A stretch of 64,000 nt of DNA from contig AP026167.1 of NCBI GenBank assembly GCA_030295235.1, positions 124,001 to 188,000 on the forward strand, written 5' to 3'. Positions 37,493 through 51,367 of this stretch are shown in pieces. Both the position numbers and the translations under genes were made by a program. Below the pieces are notes generated by a model. The model searched no databases, was not told the origin of the DNA, and was given only the letters and a program-made list of their open reading frames with translations. How positions within the stretch are numbered: position 1 is the stretch's first letter; every line of letters starts with the position of its first letter. Origin of the DNA: Fistulifera solaris. Taxonomy: Eukaryota.

Positions 37493-39167
37493 TCAGCGGA
37501 TGGCAAAACGAGAACCAAACGAAGGGGATGCAAGACAATTCGCTGCGCCTGCTGATCCAGACCACGAAGAAGCCGGAACTGCATCGACTTTCCAAATACA
37601 CAAGGAATTATCAGCGCCCATCGATGCGAGCTTCGTACCGTCGGGGCTCATTCCCATTGACAAGATGCGGCCTTCGTGGCCGCGCATAATTTGTATTTGC
37701 TCCATCTTGGGGTAGCTCCAGGCGACAACAGCGTTCGCAGAGGAACTCATTTCGTCCCCATAGCCGTGACCGGAGTACAACTCCTGATGGTGCTGACCCC
37801 AAATCAATGAGCAGACCTGACTTCCTGTAGCCACGCTCTTCAGCAGACTACTCGAGCAGGCATTCCACAGCTTGATGCAGCCATCTGCGGTTCCCCCACC
37901 GCTGGCGAGCACATCGCGTCGATAGGGACACCATGCCAAACCCTTTACAGCACCCGTGTGCGATGCCAAAATGTGTCGTGGACTTGGACCACGGCCCGAC
38001 TCCGCGCTCCGTGTCATGGATGCATCCCACAGGTGAACCATATTATCATTTCGACCGCTGGCGAGACACGACCCCTCACTATTCCACGCTAAGTTGCACA
38101 CCGACGAAGAGCCTCCGACAGAAGGTGCCATCGTCATTGTTGTCTCCACGCCACTCGCGCGAAGTCGTGATTACCGATCTTCCCGTTAGTGTACCCTGCG
38201 GTCAAATACTGCCGAGAATCATTCCAGCATACTGCACGCATCGTACTGTTTCGACAACCCATGTTGGTCCGCATAATCTCTTTGCCGCAAGTTGTGTCAG
38301 AAAATTCGAACGAAGCCGACACTCGTGGCTACAGCAAGGTGATGCGTGCTGCCGTCCATTGTGCACCACTTCACAGAACGGACATGGTTTGAGAGGCCCC
38401 TTTGGTCGACAGGGCGTTTTACCAGCGCCCGCAATTTCTTGCACAGCACCGGTAGACTCGTTCATGAGGTACACGGATATACCCAGAGCCACAGCTAGAA
38501 CATTATCCTTGCTCCAGCTGATCGGATTAGTGTAATAATCATCCACAATACCGCGGGCGTTTAAGGACTTCGCCGGATGAGGGCTTATTGTGCGCTTAGT
38601 CACGGCGACATTCAGTTTTTGAGACAAAGCATTGAAACCGCAGCTCGATGATCGTAGCGAGTCCATCGCTGAAAGGGTCCGCAGCAACGATAGGACGACG
38701 ATTACTTGTCATGGAAGGAGAAACAGAGCCATACTTCATGAGAGACTTCAATTGAAGCTCGTCATCAAGATCGCTCGTCGAAACATTGCACAACGTGCTC
38801 AGCAATTGCTTCTTGTACGCGAGTTTCATCAAACGAGCTGCGGAAGGAGGACCGACGCAAGCAACATTGGACGATTCACACGACTTGGACGCAGAATTCA
38901 GCTTTCGACGACACAAATCCATATTCATGCGACGACGAGACGGAATGAAACGATCCTGATCGTCACGAGGGGCAGTTTGCGGCGTCAACACATGAAGACT
39001 ACGGGCAGTCGAACGCATGCGAGGGACTGAGTTTTGATCATCTGTGGAGTGCCAGGCGCGACAGTCTGCGCCAAGTCGCGGCATCCAAGACGATTAGGAG
39101 TTGATAAATGATTATGCGAATGCATATCAGAGGATAGAACGTTGTTTTGAGAGCAAGAAGACACCAT
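37493..39167 (-). CDS. CDC20: Cdc20/Fizzy APC/C activator, copy 1 (several frameshifts)
   Basis: C-box DRFIPSR, DDYYTNPISWSKDNVLAVALG, AVKGLAWCPYRRDVLASGGGTADGCIKLWN, SQVCSLIW, terminal IR tail (FGSRFAIR*). Confidence 0.88.
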
Positions 39168-40016
39168 GGTGTGATTTTGGGGTTCAAAGCAAAAATTGTG
39201 CGGATAAGGCTTGCTGCGGTACAAATTTGTACGAGACAAATACGCTGATGTAGCGAGTTGTACAGAGAACCACGTAGGTTAGAATGTACAATACAGACTG
39301 TATTATATCGTACCGGAATCGTACGGCAGTTGTATATTTTCATTGCTCTCGCAAAAATATCCGCATTGAGATCAATTTGAAGCGCATTTATAGTCTTCAG
39401 GTCCTCTTTTTATTATAAATGAGGCAACAAGTCACTCTTGAGTCGGATTTCGGTGTTTCGCAGGTACTGCGACGCTTGTCTAACTGTAGTTGTCGTCAAA
39501 CAGCGGGCAATAAATTCCATGAGATCATTATCAACCGACGCGATTGATGTGATCCTTCACCGTGTGGAGTTGCCACAGCTCATCCTGAGCTCTCGCTAGT
39601 GAATTTCTGACTGTTTGAATAAAGACACGAATGGAAATCGAAGGGCGCACCTTCCTGCTATTTGTGTGTTTCAAGAGAGACGGGGAACATTATACTGAAG
39701 CTCGACCGAAGATCATGTGCATGTCGTTTGTCGTTTCTCTACAAAGTATATATCGCCGTTTATCTGCTCAACTATTTATTAGCGTCAATAAAAACTACAA
39801 ACTGATCAAGTAAAAGGTTTACGAAAAACGAATCTAACACTCTTAAATATTATTAGTATGGCGAAGATGAGATGGATGCAACGCAGCTCCATTCAATTAT
39901 ATTCATTCAGCAAGGCATTTTGCTTGTGCTTAGGAACGACGATGACGAAAAGAAAACGCTGCAGATCAAAGGACAACAGAACAGTCAAACAAACACACGA
40001 TTTGCCACAACGTATT

Positions 40017-41031
40017 TCAACAAACAGTCTTGGATGTGGCTGTGGATGTTTAAGAGCTAATGCAAAGTTGCAACGATTGCAATCGCACTGCCCTGCTGAA
40101 TCAAACATCAAAGACTCGAACGCCAAGTAGGGTCTGAGCAGTGAAAGAAAGTGGAAGACGAGTTTGATCCGAACCGAACATGCGCGACTCTTACGACCTG
40201 GCTGCACGACGACGGAGACGCCGCTTCCACGGCTTGGATAGCTTTCGCGGCCATGTCCGGGTGAAAGCGGCCCTCTGCAATAGCGCTGTGCCAATCAGCA
40301 GTGTAATTTTTCATACAAGCCAAGTATTCCTCGCGTGAAAAACCGGCCATGGGAGTGTCATCAGGAAGATGTTTAAAAACATTAAACATGTAAGCGCGCA
40401 ACTGAGCCGGATGGGTCAGTTCTCCAAGATGAGTGCGAAAGAATTCATCTTCTTCCACCACATTATCCAGACAAAAACGACTGTTTTCAAACTCACGTTC
40501 CACCAACCTCTTATCACCCTCCAGGTTCAATGTCCGTACGTCGCAGTACATGTGGTCCTTCTCCTCCTTCGTCAACGAGTAACGATTGGGGATTTCCTTT
40601 ATGCCTGTCACAATCTGTGGTGCAAAGGTGACACTGCAAGGAGGAGAACAAGAAAGGCTTGTCGATTGTTCGTGAGAAGCCCTCTGCACCGTTCGACAAA
40701 GGCTGGACGGAAACTAGCGGTGATTCCGGACGCACAGCATGTCGATGCTTCATACGCAGTATCGACATCGGCTTCTGGCTCGACGGGCCTACATCATTCG
40801 TCTCCTCAATCAATGAAGGAGTACAATCAAAAAGGTCACCAGGTTGCACTAGGGTCGCTGACGGAATCGTCCGAATCAACCAGAAGATCTCGATCTTGAC
40901 TCAGGGCTACAGGGCGGCTGATCTGCCGCCGAAAACGATTGCTCGGGCTCTTCGTTCGCTGCCGGCGAATGCGACGGCTCTCCATGACTTTGGGAACTCA
41001 GGGAAGAGATAGAACGCTTTGAAACGCGCAT
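40017..41031 (-). CDS. SILK/RVxF-motif hypothetical protein, copy 1 (~335 aa, frameshifted)
   Basis: KPMSILR..SVTFAPQIVTGIKEIPNRYSLTKEEKDHMY..DNVVEEDEFF..HPA..CDCNRC..TVC*. Homologous to 45630, 54456 and 60261. Confidence 0.7.
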
Positions 41032-41328
41032 TTTGTTTGCTTTTAGTTGAGAATAGCGATTATAATCAGCAATAACGGTGTTTTGTGCGTGCAACGCTGC
41101 GGTGTGTATATTATGGAGTATTTTGCGCTTGCTGCTGACTGCTGACGGACAGGGTCACCGACGATTACTAAAAGTCGTAGCGGGTCTAATACATCGTAGC
41201 CACGTATTAAACCGGTACTCAAAATTACGTAACCATTACCCCTACTGTTGCTGTACATAAAGTACAGTAGCTTGGCCGATTGCATGCGCAAAACTGCAAA
41301 ACCTTTGTAATTGACTTTACAATCAATC

Positions 41329-42953
41329 ATGATGATAATGACCGTTCCTTCTATGGGACTCTTTTCATTGCTTGTAAGCTCTATTTTGCGACCAGCACCA
41401 CTCGTGCAGAGGTTTGTGGGACGGTTGCCTTGTGTTGTGGGGAGAAGTTGCGCGATTGTTTCCGCGAGTGTCTTGTACAGCAGCAACAATCAAAATCCAT
41501 TTTCATCCTTTATGAAAGACATGACGTCTTCTCTGATGGGAAATTCATTGCCGTTGCAACCGCAAGTCGATCAAATACTCGCATCCGTGGAAACCCTGTC
41601 GTCTTGGGATCACGTTCGATTGACCCTAGAATCAAAAATGACAACTGACAACGAACGACTCTTTCGTGCCAATATCGACAAGGGATATGGTGTAGCATCA
41701 CCCTTGCATCGTGTCCGATTGTTTGATGCATCGAATCGGGAAGAAGACATTCGTGTCGTTTTCTATCGAGACTCGGCTTCCTGGTGTCCGTATTGTCAAA
41801 AAGTGTGGTTGACCCTGGAAGAAAAACGCATTCCGTATCGCGTCGAAAAGGTAAATATGCGCTGTTACGGAGACAAACCGGCTTCCTTTATGCGGATGCA
41901 ACCGAGTGGACAAATTCCGGTGGCGGTGATTGATGGGAAAGTCTACGGGCAATCGAATGATATCTTGTACGTGCTGGAAGAAAATTTTCCCCAATACAAA
42001 TCGTTAAAACCGCCGAAAGGGAAGGAGCTGAAAGCGCAGGAATTACTGCGTCTCGAACGGCAACTTTTTTCGGCATGGATGTATTGGTTGACAAGTGGTG
42101 GCGGTGCAGGTTTGCGACAAAGATTTGTGCAAGTATTGCAGCAGGTCGAGCGTGAACTGCAGAGCAATGGTCCCTTTTCATCGGAAAACAAGTAACGACG
42201 GTGGATTTCATGTACGCATCTTTCTTGGAACGCATGGCGGCATCTATGTTGTATTACAAAGGTTTCGTAATGCGTGTTGCACCCGGTCAAGCGACGGATT
42301 ATCCCGCAGTAAATCGTTGGTTTGATGCCATGGAGACGTTGGAATCATACCAGTTGACCAAAAGTGACTATTATACGCACTGTTGGGATTTACCACCACA
42401 GTTGGGTGGGTGCGTTGCGGAACCGGCGGGAGATATCTATCGACGAGCCATTGATGGTGAGCGCCTAGCCGATAATAGTCGAGGGAGTTGGGAATTGCCC
42501 CTTGAACCACACAATGGAGGGGTGGAACCGGACTGGATATGGGCGGGGGATGAGGCATCAGCTCGTCGCGAAGCAGCGGAACGACTTTCGGCCAATCACA
42601 TTGCGATCGTGCGATTCGCAGCACGTGGGGCGGGACGAAAAGGAATGCCACCCGTGTCAGCTCCGTTGGCCGATCCCAATGCCGTTCCCAGTGAGGCGGT
42701 GATAGGGTCGGTGGACGCGATTCTGCGCATCGTTTGCATGGCACTTCTTGAAGGGACGGAGCAGCATAGTGCCGCGTTGATGCAGACAGTAAATATCATT
42801 CATCAAGCAGGTAAAGAGTTCCAAAATGGTGTGGTGGATAGTCTTGCATATTTAAGGGACCGAGTGGGTGTCCCTCGTGATATGAAGTTACCTGCGGCTC
42901 GCCAACTCCGAGCTCATTTGAATTGGGCGATTGAAAAAATTCTCGATGCTTAA
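41329..42953 (+). CDS. Glutathione S-transferase, cysteine (CPYC) type, with N-terminal presequence; frameshift near 42180
   Basis: FYRDSASWCPYCQKVWLTLEEKRIPYRVEKVNMRCYG, GQIPV, SNDIL, then VDFMYASFLERMAAS and DYYTHCWDLPPQ. Confidence 0.88.
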
Positions 42954-43027
42954 AATATTTCTTGCAATGAAAAAATAGCGTTATTACGAGTTAGTTTTGC
43001 GAAAAATGTACAAAAGACTCCCCCTTT

Positions 43028-45223
43028 TTAAATTTCAAAGTCGCGTCCAAGTCCAAACGTTGACTTGATTTTCCCTTCCCCCTCGTAGATAGCTAATGTT
43101 GACCTTCAATGGAATGCCTTGCAAAGTTTTACGGAGCCCGAGACCAATGCATGACTTGCGAATGTACGATGGTGTTGTACTTTTTTTGGCAAACAGCCAA
43201 TCCCCGAACAAAACGATACTTGCATCTTGCTCCATGTTGTCGATGGGAAGACTCACAGGAACACGAATTTCTGTTGTTCCAGTAATGGCGGACGATATGC
43301 TTCCAATGTCGCCAGCACCACGGATGTTGCACGCTAGACCTTGCGCTCTTCCCTCATGTTTGGGGAGGTTTTTAGTCGATGTGACAACCGAGTGTCGCAA
43401 AGCGAGGACGATGGGTCTCGTACTCCGTTTCGACGTGGAAACAACAGGGAATGTTTGTCGCGTTGTGGCCGTAATGGAGGAATAGGGCACAGCGAAGTGA
43501 GTAAATGGATCTCGCTCAATTTCTTCACTGATGGTTTCCTTCCTACTAGGAAAATGTAATTTACCAGGAAACCTCGATCCCAACATAATCGAGGCATCGA
43601 AATTTGAACGCGCCCCTCGAGGCAACGACCGAACAAAAGGACCAACTGCTAACGATGTACTGGCTATGCTTTCCTCGGACCCTTCCGCTGTCGTGACGTG
43701 CTCGACGGACGCTGTTGCGACACTATTAAGCATGAGTTTTCGATCGATAGGATTCCGCAAACGAAATGTAGCACCGCTCCTATGATCCAGTAACGGGCCT
43801 CGTGTACTACTTTTGGCTTCAGCAAGTGGTGTCGATTCTTCGTTTAACCGAGATTCTTGAACATCTAGAGGCTTTAAACTGGTCTTAGCGTCATTCTCAT
43901 CTTTTTCACCAATGTAATCACTAAACAACTCAACATCATAGCCACCTTCCAAACCAAATCGATCATCACTGAATCGCAAGCGTCCACTGGGGCCCTTTGT
44001 ACCTCTTCGGAAGGTTAAGCCGAGTGATTCACCTCCACCCAACAAGTTCGCATGTTCAAAATCTAATTCCCCTTCCCAATCGCCCGTGTAGAGTGACTTG
44101 GATAATCCGTATTCCAAATGGCGCGGCGGTGCTTCATGGACCAGCATTTGCAACTGAACTGTGCCATTATCGTCCGTTTTGGGTGCCGCTTGCAGTACCC
44201 TTTTGAAAATACCACTACCAACAATTTTCTTCCAGCGACTTTCGTTCCAACGAAAGTGTTCTCCGGGTGCCAATCCCAAGGCGGCTGCAATACGACGGGG
44301 CCGCGTCCGACCCATCGGTGTCGGCACGTAGGTCCAATTCAAGTCTTTTCGTGCTACTTCTGCATTGAAACCAAACGTCCGACGTTGGGTGTGTTTGTCC
44401 GCGTACTGTCGAAACGTCACGAGGTCGCCCGTCTGTGGGTCGATGACCATTTCTTTGCAAAGATAATGCGCACGGGTTCGTCCGCGGCGGTGGGTTCTTG
44501 GACCCGAATTTCGGCCGTCCCCGTCTCGGGGAGCAAGGTGGCTCCCGTGACACTGTGCAGTACGTAGCCTTGTCGCGCGTACCACCGTTGAATGAAACGA
44601 GCAAATTCTTGGACGCGATCGATGCCCAAGGGTTGCCCCAATAATCCCGATCGTCGGGCGGCGATGTGGACTACCGTACTAGGTAAGACAGTGGTATCGG
44701 GTGTAATCACGACCTGCTTGACCGGTGTCGTGAGTATGGTTTGCATCATTTCGTCTTGGGCTTTTTGTTGCGGGCTGCGAAATTTGCGACGAATCGCTTG
44801 ATTGACTTTTTGGAAGGGTTTCGCAATAGTAGATTTGGTGGATGTGAAAACATTATTCCAGTATTGAGCTGCAGCCGCCAAGGAGTATGGTTTGCTTGTT
44901 GTTGTTTTAGCTTTCTCGGGACGACTTGTGCTGGCGATGAGGCGTTCCGAGGAAGATGATGATGGATACAAAGACGTCCGTGCCACACCGTTTTCGACAC
45001 TCAGAACAATTTGCTCATCGGGTATCTCTTCGTAGCTCATCCAACTGAGTAAAGCTGAAGGCAAATTTGCGTCATCGCCTTCTCCTGCTCTAGCGGATCT
45101 ATGAAAATTGCCGTTATTATTACCACCACCGTTGTTGTGTAAGTGTGGAGGAAGAACGAATCCATTTAAGACGACAAGTTGCTGCCATGCGCCCAATAAA
45201 ACAAAACAACAGAACACCCTCAT
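43028..45223 (-). CDS. Plastid Omp85/BamA family protein (POTRA + beta-barrel; OEP80/Toc75-like); frameshifts near 44460 and 43080
   Basis: Signal peptide ending LNG-F. POTRA-like IQRWYARQGYV..GTAEIRVQE and KIVGSGIF. Barrel start EHANLLGGGESLGLTF; terminal strands GLGLR..LKVNISY..STFGLGRDFEI*. Confidence 0.72.
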
Positions 45224-45545
45224 TTTGTTTAACAGGTAGGGAGCAAACAAAGAAGAGATACACTTATACTTATACTCTATGCGATAAATGAAAGAGTTTG
45301 CGGTTATTGGTGTTTTATCGTATACCAATAAAAGGGTAATTATAGACATTTCCTCGCTGCTACAGTTAAGTGAACACCATGATCAGTGCGACACGGGAGT
45401 GATTATTTCACTTCCACTTCACGCTGCCACGCGCCACGCGGGTTCGCTCTGGAAGTCACTTCACGGCCGCACACTTTGTAACCAATGACCTGTTTGCAGA
45501 GTATTATAGCCGCTACGACATTAATCTAACATCGTCTGTCCCCGA

Positions 45546-45566
45546 TCCGTCAGCAGCGGAGCAAAT
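45546..45566 (+). promoter_or_regulatory. Candidate promoter motif TCCGTCAGCAG shared by four SILK/RVxF paralogs
   Basis: Occurs about 80-120 bp upstream of the ATG at ~45547, ~54372, ~60157 and (minus strand) ~41150. Upstream homology stops at the motif. Confidence 0.45.
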
Positions 45567-45629
45567 GTTTTGACACAAAACACCGTTCTTGTGTATTGTA
45601 ATCGCTATTCTCATCAATAAACAAACAAA

Positions 45630-46653
45630 ATGCAAAATTCAGAGCGTTCTATCTCTTCTCTGAGTCCCCAAAGTCATGAAGATTCGCCGTGCAAGCGGCA
45701 GCGAACGACAAGCCCCGAGCAATCGTTTTCGGGCGGTAGTTCAACCGCCCGTCGGCCCGAGTCAGGATTATGATCTTTCGATTGATTGTGACGATTTCTT
45801 TCGCGAACAGAGTGCGACCTGATGACCTTTCTGAGTTTCCTCCGTCACTCATTGAAGAGGCGGATGAAGTACGTCTGTCGAGCAAGAAGCCGGTGTCGAT
45901 ATTGCGTATGAAGCATCGACATGCTTGGCGTCCGCAAGCATCGCTGGTTTCCACCGCCTCTGTCGGCGGTTGTTGCGGGCTCTGACGCAGACACGACGAG
46001 CTATCCTTTTATTATTCTCGTAGTGTCACCTTTGCACCACAGATTGTGACGGGCGTGAAGGAGATCCCCAATCGTTACTCATTGACGAAGGAGGAGAAGG
46101 CCAGCATGTAATGCGACCCACGGACATTGAACCTGGAGGGTGATAAGAGGTTTGTGGAGCGTGAGTTTGAAAACAGTCGTTTTTGTCTGGATAATGTGGT
46201 GGAAGAAGATGAATTCTTTCGCACTCATCTTGGAGAATTGACCCATCCGGCTCAGTTGGCGCTTACATGTTTAATGTTTTTAAACATCTTCCTGATGACA
46301 CTCCCATGGCCGGTTTTTCACGCGAGGAATACTTGGCTTGTATGAAAAATTACACTGCTGATTGGCACAGCGCTATTGCAGAGGGCCGCTTTCACCCGGA
46401 CATGGCCGCGAAAGCTATCCAAGCCGTGGAAGCGGCGTCTCCGCCGTCGCCATCGTCGTGCAGCAAAGTCAAAGTCGTAAGAGTCGCGCATGTTCGGAAC
46501 CGACTCGTCTTCCACTTTCACTGCTAGCACCCTACTTGGCGTGGCGTGTCTTTGGTAGTTGGTTCAGCCGGGCATTGCGATTGCAACCGCTTCAAATTTT
46601 GCATTGGCTCTTCAACATCCACATCCACATCCACTTCCGAGACTGTTTGTTGA
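45630..46653 (+). pseudogene. SILK/RVxF-motif protein, copy 2 (in-frame TAA near 46108 where copies 1 and 3 have TAC)
   Basis: Near-identical to 54456..55480. Contains KPVSILR and RSVTFAPQIV; ends ETVC*. Confidence 0.7.
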
Positions 46654-46968
46654 AATACCATATGGCTAATCGTTTGTTCTGTTTGACTGTTCTATTGTCC
46701 TTTAAATTGCGTTTTCTTTTCGTCCACTTCGTTCGTAAGCACAACCAAAATGCTTTGCTAAATGAATATGATCGAATGGAGCTGCGTTGCATCCATCTCA
46801 TTCTCGCCATTAATAAAATTTAAGAGTGTTAGATTCGTTTTTCATAAACATTTTCCGTGATCAGTTTGTAGTTTTTATTGTCGTTAATATGCTAACGCCG
46901 AGATGGGGTATAACGAGAAACGACAAACGATTCGCACAATTTTTGGCGTTGAACCCAAAAATCACACC

Positions 46969-48707
46969 ATGGTGTCTTCTTGCTCTCAAAACAACATTCT
47001 ATCCTCTGATATGCATTCGCATAATCATGAATCAACTCCTAATCGTCTTGGATGCTGCGACTTGGCGCAGACTGTCGCTACCGCACTCCACAGATGATTA
47101 GAACTCCAGTCCCTCGCATGCGTTCGACTGCCCGTCGTTTTCATTTGTTGACGCCGCAAACTGCCCCTCGTGACGATCAGGATTGTTTCATTCCGTCTCA
47201 CGTCGCATGAATATGGATTTGTGTCATCGAAAGCTGAATTCTGCGTCCAAGCCGTGTGAATTATTGTCCAGTGTCGCTTGCGCCGGTCCTCCTTCCGCAG
47301 CTCGTTCAACAAAACTCGCGTACGAGAAGCAATTGCTGGGCACGTTGTGCAATGTTTCGACGAGCGATCTTGATGACGATCTTCAATTGAAGTCTCTTTT
47401 GAAGTACGGCTCTGTTTCCCCTTCCATGACAAGTAATCGTCGTCGCATCGTTGCTGCGGACCCTTTCAGCGATGACAATTTGCTTGCAGTGGCTTTGGGA
47501 TTGTCTGTGTAATGCGTCATGAACGAGTCTACTCGTGCCGTGCATGAGATTGCGGGTGTCGGTATCACACCTCTTGACGAAAACGAGACCTCCAATTCAC
47601 GCTCGATCTGTCAAATGGTGCACAATGGACGGTCTGACGCACCTGCTGGCAGTAGGAACGAGTGCAGGCTGTGTAATGCACGATCAGCAACGAAGAAGTT
47701 GTCAACCCTACCTTGACCTTGGCAAGAAGCCCAGTGCGCGCCCTCTGCTGGAACGATTCTCAAAATTGGTTGACGGCTGGATGCGCGAACAGTGAGATGC
47801 ACGATTACTATCGCATCAACTCAGCTGGAGCAGGACAATGTCCTCGCGAATTGGGCTCGGTTCGGTCGTGTTCACCTTGAACATGGCTACTGATACAATG
47901 CACGAGCTAGTCGACTTGAAGAAGGTGTCTCACAGTTGAAGTGGACGCACTACTTAGCTGTAGGAACCGACTCAGGGCGTTCGAATGTAAGATACAATGT
48001 GCAAAAAAAGAAGTGCACACGTCTCTCAAAGTTGGAGGAGGTACCGTTCGCGCGCTTTGCTGGAATGATGCCTTCCAATGGTTGACAGTCGGCTACGATA
48101 CAGGGAAGCTTGTGAGTCTTGATTGGTGTAGCCGTTTGATGACAGGAATGACTCGGCTCGGATCACCGTCATCGTCATCTTCGGTTTGCAACATTGCATG
48201 GAACCCCGAAGGCACGTGTCTCGAGTGGAAAAAGTGATAACACAATCTACCTATAAGATTCTTCAATGGTGAGGAGCCTCCAAGGAGGCGGGCGGAACTA
48301 GCCTGGTGTCCTTATCGGAGTGATGTGCTTGCCAATGGCGGTGGCTCTTCAGATCGGTGCATTAAGCTGTGGGATACATGCTCAGAACGTTTGATGAACA
48401 GATTTTTACTGGAAGTCAGGTTTCTTCATTGATCTGGGGCCAGCACCACCAGGAGCTCTATTCTGGCCACAACTTCACGGACAATGAAGTCAAGGTCTGG
48501 AGCTACCCGAAAATGGAACGCATTCAGACACTCTCGTATCATCAAGATTGCATCTTGTCAATGGATTTGAGCCCTGATGGCAACCAATTGGTATCTATCA
48601 GTGCAGATGAGAATTTGTGCTTTTGGAAAATTGATGCCGCTCCATCTCGACGCCGTATTGCAGTTGCGGCTTTTCCCTCATCTGGTTCCCGTTTTACCAT
48701 CCGATGA
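46969..48707 (+). pseudogene. CDC20: Cdc20 copy 2: deleted 5' portion (to ~47795) joined to the WD40 remnant of a different Cdc20 paralog (~47800..48707)
   Basis: Matches copy 3 but lacks roughly 145 bp including LDAP..DYY. After 47800 a second GATTACTAT..CTCAGCTGGAG (DYY..LSWS) restarts the WD40 repeat. Stops present; ends GSRFTIR*. Confidence 0.8.
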
Positions 48708-49255
48708 GAGAAATGAATATCGTTCTTCATGCTTTGTCGAGGGTTTTTCGTATTAGTCGTTTGCTATTTCATCCAAACTCGCCCCAGTTGTCATCTAGAA
48801 AATTAGTTTAGATTGTATTAATCAGTGTTTTGTTTTGAACTTTTATGGCGTATTGAATACATGGTAGACTAGACTTAGAGAAGGCATACAGACGAACCGT
48901 GCTGTCAATTAGACGAAGATGATTCGCCTGTGATCTGACAATTTTAGCGACTGGAGCTGGAATAATCGTTCATCTTTAAACCTTACGATGCACCCGTCTT
49001 AATGGGCATTGTCCTGCGTTTCACAAGGGTAGACTATACCGGGTACCGAGGAGCTCCAATTATTGCGACTGTCAAAGAAATAAGAGCTCTATGCTCGTCT
49101 CGCTGAAACTTGCGGACCAAGAGGCTTGACCGATTGATTTTGTTTGGATAATAACAAGACGGATCTTGTGTCTCTTTGCCAGCGTAATCGTTTTCGACAA
49201 AATTTGCGATAAGCTATGGCGATTCCAACTGATCATTTTTACTAGACGTAGAGTG

Positions 49256-50898
49256 CTACAACTCTTGTCCCTCGACACCTCCATCTGCTGGATTAGTCTG
49301 TTCCTCGTCTTGTTGATTTCTGGCCAAGGGAACGTCCAGTATTCTCAATTCATCATCCGTGTCGTCTTCTTGAACCATGGCAATAGCGTGATAATCGGAC
49401 GGCACACATGCTTGCGTCAAAAAGAAGGACAAGACAGCAACCACAGCACAAATTAGCATCACGGCGGCATTACCCCATTGATACGCGGCCGGTGCAAACA
49501 AGGATGCACCGGTAAAGGCCCCTAACTTGCCCGCCGCGGCACTGACACCATTTAATGAAGACCGACATGATTCGGAATACACCATACTGGGCAAGACAAA
49601 AGTCGATGTATTCGGACCATAGTTGGAGAAAAAGAATGTCAGCCCGTACAAGAGTAATAATACGGAAGGGTGTATTCGTTTCAGAGCATTCCAAAACATC
49701 CCAATGACCCCGTAAAGCACGGCCATGCATGCAAAACCTTGCAACATGACATAACGAGGTGTCTGAGATGGCAAAAACGAAATGTCACTGCGTCCCATGA
49801 GAAAGGCAGCGACTCCGTATCCCGGTAACGCAATCGAAGCTAAAATAAGGGAGTTGCGTGCCATAAGCTGCAATGACGCAAGTGTGTTGGTTTCCGAATT
49901 GCCAAATGCCGCTTCCAGAACAATGGGTTGAAAAAGTGCATTGCCGTAAAACAACACATCAAAAAGAAACCAAGTAGCAGCTGTTCCTAATAATTTCTGA
50001 ACGAGCTGTGGTTCGTTACGAACCGACTCCCACCAGGTTTGCTGTTCGTGAACGCGATCATCGAACAAACCGTCCGGTTCTGCGGCGGAGTCCAGTACAG
50101 TCGTTTCTTCTCCGTCGCTGTCGTTTTCTGTTATTGAATTTGCAGTGTTGCTACTTGGTTCGGTAGTCGTCATGGCTGTTTGTGGGGTACCTCCTTGCCA
50201 AAGATGGGGCGTTTCTTCATTTTCTGGAGGATAGGATGCTTCCCAAGATGTCGGGTCCTTGTGTACTCTCCATTGCAAATAAAACAAAAAAATCCCCGGT
50301 AAGACTCCCAAGCCTAGCAATAGGCGCCATACTATTGCAAATTCGAGCACGTCAACAGCAACAAATACCCCACGACCGGGGCCATCCAGAACCCCACACC
50401 CTGTGTCGCAAATGTCAAGACTACGCGGTGCAAATCATCGTCTTTGTTGTTGCTACTACTACTACTGTTTGCCTGTTCGGCACTTAGTACGGCCGCCAAA
50501 GGATACACACCACCGGCACCGACCCCCAGCAAGCATCGCCAGACCGCCAAACTACTCCAATTCGACGTCATGGTGGCACTGGCGAAACTCGCCACCATTT
50601 GCAAAATCATGACCACTCTCAACGCTCGCAGTCGACCGATGGCGTCGCCCATAATGCCACCCAAAACTTGTCCCAACATCATTCCTACCAATAACGAAGA
50701 CGCCAAGAACGACTCGTCTTGATGAATGTGTTCGGTCGGAAATAAGATGCGAAGAATGGGCAACACCAAAGCAATATTGACGACATTGTATGATGTACTG
50801 AAGTTTGATAGCATGGCCAGGCGTTGCTGATGATTGCTGTGATTTGGTTGTTGTATTCGTTCGTGGTGATGCATGATGAGATGTTCGTCTAAATTCAT
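49256..50898 (-). CDS. MFS phosphate:H+ symporter (PHO84/PHT1-like); frameshift near 50345
   Basis: GIMGDAIGR, GVGAGGVYPLAAVLSAE, LLGTAATWFLFDVLFYG, FFFSNYGPNTSTFVLP, GVSAAAGKLGA. Confidence 0.9.
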
Positions 50899-51367
50899 AG
50901 TCAATGACCAAATCAAGTCGTCAAAGTGCCCCGAGCGCGTACGTCTCTACTTTCGTTCGTATTAATAGCAATCGATCCTTTGCCTCGTTAACCTATTGGA
51001 AGGGTCAGAGACTGTTCGAGAAAATAGTGACAAGGAATAAGTGAAAGTCAAAGGAAACGCGACGGCCGCATCAATATTACTGTAACATCATCATCGTCAT
51101 GAGCGTGAAATAAGAGCCTTACAAGTATTACGTAGTACCTGGTATTGTTTTTATTACTACGTAGTACTATTTGCGACCGTTGACGAAAAAGTCATGGATG
51201 AATCGTACCGGTATCCATGCTTTTTTTTCATCGCGGCGCGAACAAAAACATACCAGGTAACATGTAACATGACACAACACTTTGCACTTCTACTTGTACT
51301 GGAGGTTAATACATTCATCCATTCAAACAATTTGTTCATCTTTGTTGCACACCGATTCACAGGTAGA

